From NCBI GenBank assembly GCA_016220035.1, contig JACRIO010000284.1, positions 31,423-95,422 on the forward strand: a stretch of DNA of 64,000 nt, written 5' to 3'. Below the pieces are notes generated by a model. It saw nothing but the letters and a program-made list of their open reading frames with translations, ran no database searches and was not told the DNA's origin. Of this stretch, positions 55,968 through 64,000 are shown piece by piece. Position 1 is the stretch's first letter; each line of letters begins with the position of its first letter. Made by a program: the position numbers and the translations under genes. This DNA is from Planctomycetota bacterium. GTDB taxonomy: Bacteria > Planctomycetota > UBA1135 > GCA-002686595.

Positions 55968-56888
55968 TCACTGCCACGGGCCGCCGGGTGGCCATCGAGC
56001 CTTCAGAGGCTGTCCCGCTCGCGCGGCCTCGATCGCAGGCATCAAGAAGTGGCGAACTTCGGCGACAATGATCTCGAAGGGCGGCTTGCTCGATTCGAGC
56101 AGCCGGCCCTTTTCCATGAAGGCTCTCCATCGGTTCGCGTTGATCGGCGAGTGCGCGAAGGCATCCAGCAATCCGTCGGGGGTCGTCGCTGGGATCGGAG
56201 TCGAGCGCCGCGCAAACGTACGACGAACGGACTCGACCAGAACCTCCCCGTCGAATTCGAGCGTGCGCGGAAGCAGCGCAAGGTCGTAGTAGTCCTTGAT
56301 GCGACTGTTCGCTTCGCCGAGGACGACGATTGCTTCGAGCTTCTCCGCGATCGTCGTGTACGGCGTGTACGCACGCACACTCGCCATGGGCAGGCCGAGC
56401 AGCCCGCCGGGAGTGACCTCTTCCGTCGGCGGAAACACGGCATCGCCAAGTCCGACATCGACTTGATAGCGGAGCACACTTCGGCCGAGCCGCGCGTCGA
56501 AGCGAGCCCGCAATCCCAACACGGGCGAGTCCCTTCGAATGGGTGCAACGACGATCGAGTCGCGCTCGAACGTGATGCCATCGTCTTCCACATCGAGGGC
56601 GATGAGTTCGCCGAGGAGGTCCCGGAGTTGGCCAGAGTCCACGTGTGTCGGGCCGAGCAAGTCGATGTCCCGAGTGGGACGGGTGTCGACTCCGAGCCAG
56701 TGCCGGAGGAGCAGCGCGCCCTTCAACACGAAATGGTCTCGGTGGCGCGATCGTCCGAGCCGGTGGAGAAGACGTTCAATGGCATAGAGCTCGAGCACTT
56801 CCGCAAACGGTCGGTTGCGAGCTCGAGCCTCGTTCTTCAGGCGGGCTTGGATCGAGTGGACGAACCCGGAGGCTCCACTGCGCGTCAC
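55968..56888 (-). CDS. abiEii: AbiEii/AbiGii-family nucleotidyltransferase toxin (DUF1814)
   Basis: GTG at 56888 overlaps the abiEi stop (GTGA). ...RNRPFAEVLELYAIERLLHRLGRSRHRDHFVLKGALLLRHWLGVDTRPTRDIDLLG... is the family N-terminal NTase motif. Confidence 0.85.
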   Translation of the reverse strand: MTRSGASGFVHSIQARLKNEARARNRPFAEVLELYAIERLLHRLGRSRHRDHFVLKGALLLRHWLGVDTRPTRDIDLLGPTHVDSGQLRDLLGELIALDVEDDGITFERDSIVVAPIRRDSPVLGLRARFDARLGRSVLRYQVDVGLGDAVFPPTEEVTPGGLLGLPMASVRAYTPYTTIAEKLEAIVVLGEANSRIKDYYDLALLPRTLEFDGEVLVESVRRTFARRSTPIPATTPDGLLDAFAHSPINANRWRAFMEKGRLLESSKPPFEIIVAEVRHFLMPAIEAARAGQPLKARWPPGGPWQ

Positions 56889-57493
56889 TGCATTGCCTCC
56901 AGATACGGTCGAACGATCGTCTCCACGCGAGCGGACCTTGCCGCGCGCACGATCTGAGCGGGCGTGAGTCGGTGCTCAACGAGCGCGGTGCGAAGCGCGT
57001 CGAGCGCCACGTCGGTGCCGATGCGGTTTCGGAAGCGGAAACAGTCGGCGATGGTCTTCGCCGGCTCGTACACGCGGACCTTCACGCCGTCACGCTCGTG
57101 GACTTCGATCCCCGAGTCGTACATCGAACCTGAGAACCAATAGACGCGCACAGGTGGCCATTCGAGCTTCGGCCGTGCCGTTCCCTTGGGGAGCGCGAAG
57201 CTGACTTCGTGCGGGATCTCCGACGTCAGCCGATGGAAGTGCAGCGCCGAGATGAGAGCAACGACGGCCTTGGGGACCCGCGCAGCCACCGTCACGAGAT
57301 CGGGATCGGCCAGAGGCGGCGCGTCCGCGAACCGGTAGATGCCTCGGCTGACGACTTCGAGTTCCCCGGCGTCGCGGAGCGCATAGAGGTCGCGGGGATG
57401 CAGACCTGCACGCAGGAGTTCGGCCGTCCTGAGGAGTCCGTTGCTCGTCCGAGAGGCCTTGCGGAGGACTGCCTCGCATCGCTTCCGGTCCAT
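56885..57493 (-). CDS. abiEi: AbiEi-family type IV toxin-antitoxin antitoxin/transcriptional regulator
   Basis: ...SNGLLRTAELLRAGLHPRDLYALRDAGELEVVSRGIYRFAD... (N-terminal wHTH of AbiEi) and a C-terminal domain ...VRVYEPAKTIADCFRFRN.... Confidence 0.85.
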   Translation of the reverse strand: MDRKRCEAVLRKASRTSNGLLRTAELLRAGLHPRDLYALRDAGELEVVSRGIYRFADAPPLADPDLVTVAARVPKAVVALISALHFHRLTSEIPHEVSFALPKGTARPKLEWPPVRVYWFSGSMYDSGIEVHERDGVKVRVYEPAKTIADCFRFRNRIGTDVALDALRTALVEHRLTPAQIVRAARSARVETIVRPYLEAMQ

Positions 57494-57559
57494 GGCTGGA
57501 TAATAACCGCATTACTTGTCGGCATCCATAGCGGTTTCTATCCACCGACGTGGAAGCAC
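57494..57559 (-). promoter_or_regulatory. probable abiE promoter/operator region
   Basis: This is the only A/T-rich stretch available upstream of abiEi (tggataataaccgcattacttgtcggcatccatagcggtttctatcc). It contains the inverted hexamers AACCGC (57505-57510) and GCGGTT (57531-57536). AbiEi proteins are known autorepressors that bind inverted repeats. No experimental support here. Confidence 0.3.
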
Positions 57560-60500
57560 CTACTTGTCCTTCGGATCGATCCCCATCCCCCTGCGATCGG
57601 GGTAGGCCGGGCGCTTGGGAGCGACGTGCGGTTTCGACGCGAGCTCCGTGAGCATCTCTTCGATCGCGCGCTCGAGCTGCGGGTCGGCGCCGTCCTGCAT
57701 CTTCGACGGGTCGTCGACGATCTCGATGTCGGCGTCGACGCCATGACCTTCGATGCCCCACGTCCCGTCGTTCTCGTAGAAGGCGAAGCTCGGCACCTCG
57801 ACGTCGCCGCCGTCGATCAGCGGCGGATAACCCGACAAACCGACGAGCCCGCCCCACGTGCGCATGCCGATCAGCTTCCCGAGCCCCGCCTGCTTGAAAT
57901 AGAACGGGAACGCGTCGCCGCCCGAGCCCGAGAGGCCGTTGATGAGCATGCATTTCGGCCCGAAATGCGCGTCCGGCGGCCACGGCCAGTCCTTGCCGTC
58001 GCGGCGCGCCCACGCGTTCGTCTGCGGACGATTGAGGAGCTCGATGAAGCGCGTCGGGATCTGACCGCCCGAGTTCCAACGCTCGTCGACGATCAACGCG
58101 GGCTTCCTGAACTGGCCCTGGAACTGGCGGAAGAGGTCGTTCTGTCCGTCGACGCCCGTGCTCGGCACGTAGACGTAGCCGACGCGGCCCTGCGTGCGCT
58201 CCTCGACGTGTTTGCGGTTCTTCTCGATCCACGCGCGGTAGCGCACGTCGCGCTCGGTGCCGAGCGCCTTCACCACGATCGAGCGTGCATCGGCGTCGAA
58301 CGCGGGCTTCGCGCTCACCGTGAGCGTGATCGTCTTGTCGGCGAGGCCCTGGAACGCCGCCCACGGATCCTTGGCGGCGTCGAGCGGCATCCCGTTCACC
58401 GCGAGGACGTAATCGCCCACTTTCACCTTCACGCCGGGCTGCGAGAGCGGTCCGCGTCCGTCCGCGTCCCACGGTGCGCCTTCGTGGATGCGCGCGATGC
58501 GATACGCGCCGTCCGCGAGCTCGAAATCGCAGCCGAGCAGGCCCACGCTCTGCTTGGGCTCGTCGCCGACGTCGCCGCCGCTGTAGTAGGCGTGGCCGAC
58601 GTTGAGCTCGCTGATCATCTCCCTGATCACGTAGCTCACGTCCTCGCGCGACGCGCAGTCGGCGAGCATCACCGCGTACTGCGCGCGCACGGCGTTCCAA
58701 TCGACTTGGTGCATGTTCGGGTCGTAGAAGAAGTCGCGGTAGAGCCGCCACGTCTCCTCGAAGAGCTGCTTCCACTCGGCGCGTGGGTCGATCTCGGCGA
58801 GCATGCCGTCCATCGGCACCTTCTCGAGCTTCGTGTCGGCCTTCGCGTCGCCGACCTGAACGCCTTCGCCACCGAGCACGAGCAGCTTCTTGCCGTCCGC
58901 CGAAAGCGCGTACCCGCTGACGCCCTTCGCGACGAGCTTCTCCTCGGGCTTGTCCGCCTTCGGGTCGAAGACGTGCAGCACGTTCTCGCCCTCCTCGCCC
59001 TGGATGGGGCTGCGCAGGTAGAGCAAGGCGCCGTCGGAGTTCACCCACGGCTGGAAGAAGTTGCCCGGATCGAGCGGCAGCGCGACGGCGCGCGCCTCGA
59101 AGCCGTCGAAGGCGATCTCGACGGGCTTCTCGTCCTTCTTCGCGGCCTTGTCGTCGGCCTTTTTCCCGTCCTTCGCGTCGTCGTCCTTCGCGTCGCCTTC
59201 CTTCGGCTCCGTGGACGCGGCCGACTCGTCCTTCTTCGCGACCTCCTCGTCGCTCTTCGGCGCGAGCGGCGACGCGAGGTCGGAGCGCAGCGGCACGAGG
59301 TAGAGCTCCTGCGTGCCCGCGTAGAGGAACGAGCCGTCGTACTCGCCGTAGCGCGGCGCGAAGTGCGAGCCGCGCACGAAGTAGAGGTAGTCGCCGGCGC
59401 GATCGAAGGTGGGCCACGCGTCCTCGAACATGCCCGACGTGACCAGGTGCTTCGCGCTGCTCTCGAGCTCCTGGATCACGATGCGGCCGCGCGACGAAGC
59501 CTCGTCGGCGAGGGTGTACGCGACGAAGCGCGAGTCGCGCGTGAAGCTCGGCGGCGTGGAGATCAGATCGCCGGCCCACGGATCGCGATCGAGTTCGCGC
59601 GGCGCGCTCCCGTCGGCGTGGGCGAGCCACAGCGTGCCGGTGTTGTCCGAGTACACGAGGTGCTTCGAGTCAGGCGACCAGCAAAGCAACCTGCGGAAGC
59701 CCTTCGCGGGCGGGACGATCACCTTCGGTTCGCCGCCGTCCGCGGGCGCGACGACAAGCGCGTACTCCCCCGTCGAATCCTCGAGCCACGCGATCGACTT
59801 GCCGTCGGGGCTCCACGCGGGATCGCGTTCGGCCGCGCCGCTCGTGCGCGTCAGGTTGCGCGGGCTGCCGTCCTTCGCGGGCAGCGACCACGCGTCGCCG
59901 CGCGCGCTGACGAGCAGGCGCTTGCCGCTGGGTGAGAGATCCCAGCCCTGCGCGAACTTCGACGCGTCCACCGCGCGCGGCGCGAGCTTGGGACGCGCGC
60001 CGGGGAGGGTGACGCGCACGACGCTCGTCACACCGGTCGCGAGGTCGAAGAGGACGAGCTCGGAGCCGTGCTGGAACACGATCTCACCGGTCCCCTTCGC
60101 GCCCGGACCGATCGCGGGCCACTTCACGTCGTAGTCGGAGTAGCGCGTGAGCTGCTTTCGCTTCAGTGTCGCCGGGTCGAGCGACCAGAGGTTCAGGCGG
60201 TGCGACTCGCCATCGTCGGAGAGGTAGCAGAGCTCCTTCCCGTTCCACATCGGCGCCGTGTCGACACCCTCCCACGTCGTCGCCTGCTTCGCGCTCTTCG
60301 TCTGGAGATCGAAGAGCCAGATGTCGGTCGACATCCCGCCGCGGTAGCGCTTCCACGTGCGGTTGTCGACCGTGTGCGGCGTGTACGCGAGCCAGCGTCC
60401 GTCCGCGGAGATCGACGCGAACGCGCCGTAGGGCACGGGGAGCGGCGCGGGCAGTCCGCCCGTCGCGGCGACGGTGAAGAGCTGCACCTGCCGATCGCGC

Positions 60501-60994
60501 CCCGCGAAACCGTTCGTGAAGAAGAGCAGCCGCCCGTCGGGCGTCCAATCGCAGAGCGTCTCGGCGCTGGGATGGTGCGTCACGCGCGCCGGCACGCCGC
60601 CGCCGACCGGAACGGTGTAGAGGTCGCGATTCCCAGCGTAATTGCCCACGAACGCGATCGTCTTCCCGTCGGGGCTGAAGCGCGGGAGCACCTCGACCCC
60701 CGGGGGGCTCGCGAGCGGCGTCGCGACGCCGCCCTCGCGCGGGACGAGCCACAGGTCGTCCGCGTAGACGAACACGATGTGCGTCGCGCCGACGTCGGGG
60801 AAGCGCAGCATCGCGCCGTGCGGCGTCACATCGTCCTGTGCGGGGAGCGCGCGCGCGACCGGAGCGGGCGCGGCCTTCATCGGCGGAGCAGCGATCGGCT
60901 GCGCGCGCTCCTTCGACTCCGGGGCGGAGCGCGAGGCACAGGCAGCGACGAACGAAGCGAGAACGAGCGTGTGGAGGGGGCGATGGCGCGACAT
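57560..60994 (-). CDS. tricorn protease homolog (PD40 beta-propellers + PDZ + S41 peptidase domain)
   Basis: ATG at 60994 (MSRHRPLHTLVLASFVAACAS). ...FSPDGKTIAFVGNYAGNRDLY..., ...WSPDGKSIAWLED..., PDZ-like ...VGDYVLAVNGMPL..., and S41 core ...GYVYVPSTG...ALIVDERWNSGGQIP...LINGLSGSGGDAF. Confidence 0.85.
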   Translation of the reverse strand: MSRHRPLHTLVLASFVAACASRSAPESKERAQPIAAPPMKAAPAPVARALPAQDDVTPHGAMLRFPDVGATHIVFVYADDLWLVPREGGVATPLASPPGVEVLPRFSPDGKTIAFVGNYAGNRDLYTVPVGGGVPARVTHHPSAETLCDWTPDGRLLFFTNGFAGRDRQVQLFTVAATGGLPAPLPVPYGAFASISADGRWLAYTPHTVDNRTWKRYRGGMSTDIWLFDLQTKSAKQATTWEGVDTAPMWNGKELCYLSDDGESHRLNLWSLDPATLKRKQLTRYSDYDVKWPAIGPGAKGTGEIVFQHGSELVLFDLATGVTSVVRVTLPGARPKLAPRAVDASKFAQGWDLSPSGKRLLVSARGDAWSLPAKDGSPRNLTRTSGAAERDPAWSPDGKSIAWLEDSTGEYALVVAPADGGEPKVIVPPAKGFRRLLCWSPDSKHLVYSDNTGTLWLAHADGSAPRELDRDPWAGDLISTPPSFTRDSRFVAYTLADEASSRGRIVIQELESSAKHLVTSGMFEDAWPTFDRAGDYLYFVRGSHFAPRYGEYDGSFLYAGTQELYLVPLRSDLASPLAPKSDEEVAKKDESAASTEPKEGDAKDDDAKDGKKADDKAAKKDEKPVEIAFDGFEARAVALPLDPGNFFQPWVNSDGALLYLRSPIQGEEGENVLHVFDPKADKPEEKLVAKGVSGYALSADGKKLLVLGGEGVQVGDAKADTKLEKVPMDGMLAEIDPRAEWKQLFEETWRLYRDFFYDPNMHQVDWNAVRAQYAVMLADCASREDVSYVIREMISELNVGHAYYSGGDVGDEPKQSVGLLGCDFELADGAYRIARIHEGAPWDADGRGPLSQPGVKVKVGDYVLAVNGMPLDAAKDPWAAFQGLADKTITLTVSAKPAFDADARSIVVKALGTERDVRYRAWIEKNRKHVEERTQGRVGYVYVPSTGVDGQNDLFRQFQGQFRKPALIVDERWNSGGQIPTRFIELLNRPQTNAWARRDGKDWPWPPDAHFGPKCMLINGLSGSGGDAFPFYFKQAGLGKLIGMRTWGGLVGLSGYPPLIDGGDVEVPSFAFYENDGTWGIEGHGVDADIEIVDDPSKMQDGADPQLERAIEEMLTELASKPHVAPKRPAYPDRRGMGIDPKDK

Positions 60995-61145
60995 AGGGGC
61001 GAAAGCGTAGGGATCGAGGACTCCGCGAGCGAGAGCGCGGCCGTGCGCGAACCCACGTTCAACATTCGCGACGAACTCGGCCCGCTCGAGCTCCGCTGTG
61101 TGCACCCGGCGCGTGCACACCTGAACTGCGCGCGAGCTCGACGCC

Positions 61146-61940
61146 TCAGCCCTTCCGCCGCTCCTCGAGCCGTCCGAGCAGCCGCAGGAGGCCGTCAAGG
61201 ATCGTGATCGGGTGCGGCGGGCAGCCGGGAATGTAGAGGTCGACCGGCACGATCGCGCTCGCGCCGTCGTGCACTTCCGGGTTGCCCACGAACGGTCCGC
61301 CCGCGATCGCGCACGCGCCGACCGCGATCACGATCTTCGGTTCGGGAACGGCGGCCCACGTCTTCCGCAGCGCGAGCTCCATGTTGCGCGACACCGGGCC
61401 TGTGATCAGCAGACCGTCCGCGTGCCGCGGCGAGGCGACGAACTGGATGCCGAAGCGCCCGAGGTCCCAACCGATCGTCCCGAGGACGTTCGTGTCCGCC
61501 TCGCACGCGTTGCAGCCGCCCGCGCTCACCTGGCGCAGTCGCAGCGAGCGTCCGAAGAGCCGCCGCAGCGTCGCGTCGAGCTCGGCGGCGAGCCGTACTT
61601 CCTCTGCTCCGGGCGCGCCGAGCACGAGGTCCGCGCGCGTCCGCGCGGCCATGCGGTGATCGCCCGTCTGCGTGATCGCGCGCGGCGGACAGACGGCGAC
61701 GCACTCCGCGCAGAAGATGCAGCGTCCCAGATCGAGCGCGACCTTCACGCCCGCCGGACGCGTGACGGCTTCCGTCGGACAGACCGCAACGCACGCCGTG
61801 CACTCCTCGACGCACTTCGTCGCGTCGACGCGCAATGCTCCGCCGTGACGGTCGGGGAGCGGCGGCGCCGGGCCGTCTGGATACGCCATCGTCTCAGAGC
61901 CGCGCTTCAGGCGTTGAATCAGCGTGTCGAGGACGAACAT
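61146..61940 (-). CDS. fusion of a 2x[4Fe-4S] ferredoxin domain and a NuoB/HycG-like small subunit (group-4 hydrogenase-like complex)
   Basis: CVEECTACVAVCP and CIFCAECVAVCPP (two 4Fe-4S motifs), then NuoB-like ...SAGGCNACEAD...GACAIAGGPF...IPGCPPHP. Confidence 0.8.
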   Translation of the reverse strand: MFVLDTLIQRLKRGSETMAYPDGPAPPLPDRHGGALRVDATKCVEECTACVAVCPTEAVTRPAGVKVALDLGRCIFCAECVAVCPPRAITQTGDHRMAARTRADLVLGAPGAEEVRLAAELDATLRRLFGRSLRLRQVSAGGCNACEADTNVLGTIGWDLGRFGIQFVASPRHADGLLITGPVSRNMELALRKTWAAVPEPKIVIAVGACAIAGGPFVGNPEVHDGASAIVPVDLYIPGCPPHPITILDGLLRLLGRLEERRKG

Positions 61941-61956
61941 GGCGGTTGCGATGGGC

Positions 61957-63438
61957 TCACAAGTCGAAGCCGCAGTAGGAGAGGTTGAAGCTCTTGTTGC
62001 ACAACGGGAAGTCCGAGATCGCCTGTCCGCGCAGCGCGAGCGCGAGCCCGGCCCAGTTGTGGAAGGACGGGTCGACGATCTTGTAACTCTGGAAGCGGCC
62101 CGCGCGATCGGTGAGCGCCGCGTGGCAGACCTCGCCGCGCCAGCCTTCCACGAGCGCGACCGCGAATGTGTCCGGCGCCGACGCGGGAAGCGGATCGAGC
62201 AGGTGCGATTCCGGCGGCGCGGAGAGCTGCTCGAGCAAGAACGCGCCCGACCGCTGGATCTCCAGCCACCGGACGCGCGCGCGCGCGAAGACGTCGCCGC
62301 CGGGCCAGACCGCGATCGGCGCTTGCGCGAAGCGGTACCAGCCCGCGGGCTGGTCGTAGCGCACGTCGCGCACGAGGCCGCACGCGCGCGCGGCCAGACC
62401 GACGAGGCCGAGCTCCGCCGCCTGCGGTGTGAACACGGTGCCGATGTTCTCGAAGCGCGAGCGCACCGACGCCGCGTCCCACAGCCACGTCGCGGCGCGC
62501 TCCACTTCCTCCATCGCGGGCGCGAGCCGCTCGAGGACCGCGACGACGCGCGCGGGCTCGAGGTCGTGGCGCGCTCCGCCCGGCAGCACGAGCCCGCGAC
62601 CGAATCGGTTGCCGCACACGAGGGCCGTCAAGTTGAGGAAGTCGCCGCGGATCTTTCCGCACGCCGCGGCCGTCGGCAGGAACGCGACGTCGCCCGAGAG
62701 AGCGCCGAGGTCGCCCGTGTGGTTCGCGAGCCGCTCGAGCTCGAGCGCGACCGCGCGCATCCACTGCGCGCGCAGCGGGGCCTCCGCGCCCGCGAGCGCT
62801 TCGAGGACCTGCGCGGGCGCCGTCGCGTGCGCGATCGTCGTGTCGCCCGCGGCGGTTTCGATCTGGCTGCGCGTCGCGCGGTGCGGACCGCCGAGCAGCG
62901 CCGCCTCGACGCCGCGGTGCTGGTAACCGAGAGCGATCTCGAGGTGCAGCACTTCCTCGCCCGCGCATTGGAATCGGAAATGCCCCGGCTCGATGATCCC
63001 GGCGTGCACGGGTCCGACCGCGACCTCGTGCACCTCGCGGCCCTCGACGCGGAAGAAGGCGTCCGGTGCCGGCGCGGTCCCGGCACTCGCGCGCACCGAC
63101 TTGAGCCAGGGATGCCCGGTCGGGACGAGCGCGTGCTGTTCGTGAACCTCGCGCTCGAACAGGTGCGCCTGTGGATGCGTGGCCGTCAGCGCGGGGTAGG
63201 CGCCGACGATCGGCGTGCTGCGTCCCACCGCGAGCGTGTTGTCCGCGTCGAACGCGATCACGGCTACAAGGCGCACGCCTTTGCTCTCGGGGACACCGAA
63301 CCACGCGCACAAACGCGCCCCGCGATCGAGTTCACCCGCGGTCGCGCGCACGAACTCCGCGCCCGGCCACTCGGGCACGTCGGCCCACGGCAGGCTCGCC
63401 GTGTTCGGGAACAACGCGAAGGGCGAGGACTCGCTCAT
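61957..63438 (-). CDS. NuoC-NuoD/HycE-like large subunit lacking the [NiFe] cysteine ligands (Ehr-type)
   Basis: ATG at 63438 overlaps the upstream stop. ...VGPVHAGIIEPGHFRFQCAGEEVLHLEIALGYQHRG... is HycE/NuoD-like. The L1 position reads ETAAGDTTIAHATA instead of RxCGxCxxxH. The C-terminus reads NKSFNLSYCGFDL instead of DPCxxCxxR. Confidence 0.75.
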   Translation of the reverse strand: MSESSPFALFPNTASLPWADVPEWPGAEFVRATAGELDRGARLCAWFGVPESKGVRLVAVIAFDADNTLAVGRSTPIVGAYPALTATHPQAHLFEREVHEQHALVPTGHPWLKSVRASAGTAPAPDAFFRVEGREVHEVAVGPVHAGIIEPGHFRFQCAGEEVLHLEIALGYQHRGVEAALLGGPHRATRSQIETAAGDTTIAHATAPAQVLEALAGAEAPLRAQWMRAVALELERLANHTGDLGALSGDVAFLPTAAACGKIRGDFLNLTALVCGNRFGRGLVLPGGARHDLEPARVVAVLERLAPAMEEVERAATWLWDAASVRSRFENIGTVFTPQAAELGLVGLAARACGLVRDVRYDQPAGWYRFAQAPIAVWPGGDVFARARVRWLEIQRSGAFLLEQLSAPPESHLLDPLPASAPDTFAVALVEGWRGEVCHAALTDRAGRFQSYKIVDPSFHNWAGLALALRGQAISDFPLCNKSFNLSYCGFDL

Positions 63439-64000
63439 GGCGCTGGGTAGAGCTGGGCGACGGCGGCGGACCAGGCTTCGAGGAGCACGGCCGGCGTGCC
63501 GAGCCCGAGCCACAGGGAGAACACGAGCAGGACGAGCGGCGGACCGATGACGCCGGGCGTTTCGGAGAAACGCGCGCTGTTCGCCTTCGAGGCCGCGCGC
63601 GGCCGCCCGTCGACGATCGCGAAGACGAGCCGCGTGAGGCCGAAGAACGCGAGAAGGAGGCAGACGAGGAACAGCACGATGCTCACGACCTGGCCGCGTT
63701 CGAGCCCCGCGCGCACGAGCTTCAATTCGCTGAAGAACGGGCCGAACGGCGGCATGGCTGTCACCGCGAACATGCCGGTGACGAAGATCGCCGCCGAGCG
63801 TGGGGTGAGGAGGCTCATGCCGCGCACCTGGTCGGTCGTGCGCGCGCCCGCCGCGCGACGGATGTTGCCCGCGGAGAGGAAGAGCGCGCCCTTCGTCAGG
63901 CTGTTGTTCCACACGTGGAACAGCGCGGCCCACACGCCGACGGCGCCGAACGCGGCGCCGATGCTCAAGATGCCCATGTGCTCGACGCTCGAGTACGCCA
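63435..64000 (-). CDS. NuoL/M/N (HyfB/HycC)-type antiporter-like membrane subunit, N-terminal part outside window
   Basis: Reverse translation at the window edge reads ...AYSSVEHMGILSIG...WNNSLTKGALFLSAGN..., the conserved core of complex-I antiporter-like subunits. The frame stays open to base 64000. Confidence 0.8.
   Translation of the reverse strand, partial: AYSSVEHMGILSIGAAFGAVGVWAALFHVWNNSLTKGALFLSAGNIRRAAGARTTDQVRGMSLLTPRSAAIFVTGMFAVTAMPPFGPFFSELKLVRAGLERGQVVSIVLFLVCLLLAFFGLTRLVFAIVDGRPRAASKANSARFSETPGVIGPPLVLLVFSLWLGLGTPAVLLEAWSAAVAQLYPAP

Noticed and set aside
57209-59935. 908-aa + strand ORF opposite the tricorn protease gene (similar cases: 45667..47811 +, 50672..52765 +, 38061..39674 +, 26259..27905 +, 9528..11792 +)
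   Set aside because: Low-complexity Arg/Asp/Glu/Val-rich sequence antisense to genes with clear family motifs. No independent support.
1-64000. CRISPR arrays, rRNA, tRNA, transposase or integrase genes
   Set aside because: I saw no regularly spaced direct repeats, no tRNA T-arm-like GGTTCGA(A/G)TCC motifs in intergenic regions, and no DDE/tyrosine-recombinase-like ORFs. This is a visual scan only. tRNAscan-SE, Infernal and ISfinder would be decisive.

Overview
High-G+C bacterial chromosome segment. The gene content (many secreted beta-propeller proteins and proteases, Ser/Thr-kinase-like genes) suggests Myxococcota, but that is inference only. I read it by hand on both strands. Because of the G+C content, most long ORFs in the supplied track are Arg/Ala-rich shadows or over-extended N-termini of the real genes. 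I chose real frames by protein-like composition, recognisable motifs and G/C-rich third codon positions. I support about 55 protein-coding genes, and most are on the minus strand. Core genes include a MacB/FtsX ABC exporter, mazG, apbC/mrp, a beta-carbonic anhydrase, metF, copZ-copA, a tricorn-like protease and the 3' end of a group-4-hydrogenase-like (Ehr-type) membrane complex. I saw no rRNA, tRNA, CRISPR array, transposase or integrase. The points most worth a second look: (1) queC is split by an in-frame 96-bp near-perfect palindrome that carries its own stop codon. (2) Three tandem paralogous exported proteins resemble secretin N0-N1 modules but lack the secretin barrel. They sit directly upstream of a PD40-repeat protein whose Cys-rich C-terminal domain recurs on an S53 peptidase 28 kb away. 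(3) A visibly lower-G+C islet encodes two paralogous secreted proteins of an unrecognised family, preceded by about 730 bp without a convincing gene. (4) A translationally coupled pair consists of a small protein and a UPF0332/HEPN-like protein with atypical codon usage. (5) An AbiEi/AbiEii cassette, and a fused HicB-fragment/5'-truncated YhcG nuclease remnant, lie in small islets. (6) A long co-directional string (enoyl-CoA hydratase, acyl-CoA dehydrogenase, 2Fe-2S ferredoxin, ferritin-like protein, kynureninase, aryl-CoA ligase) may be a CoA-dependent route from kynurenine/anthranilate. Function calls rest on motif recognition from memory, not on database searches. Start codons are often uncertain.
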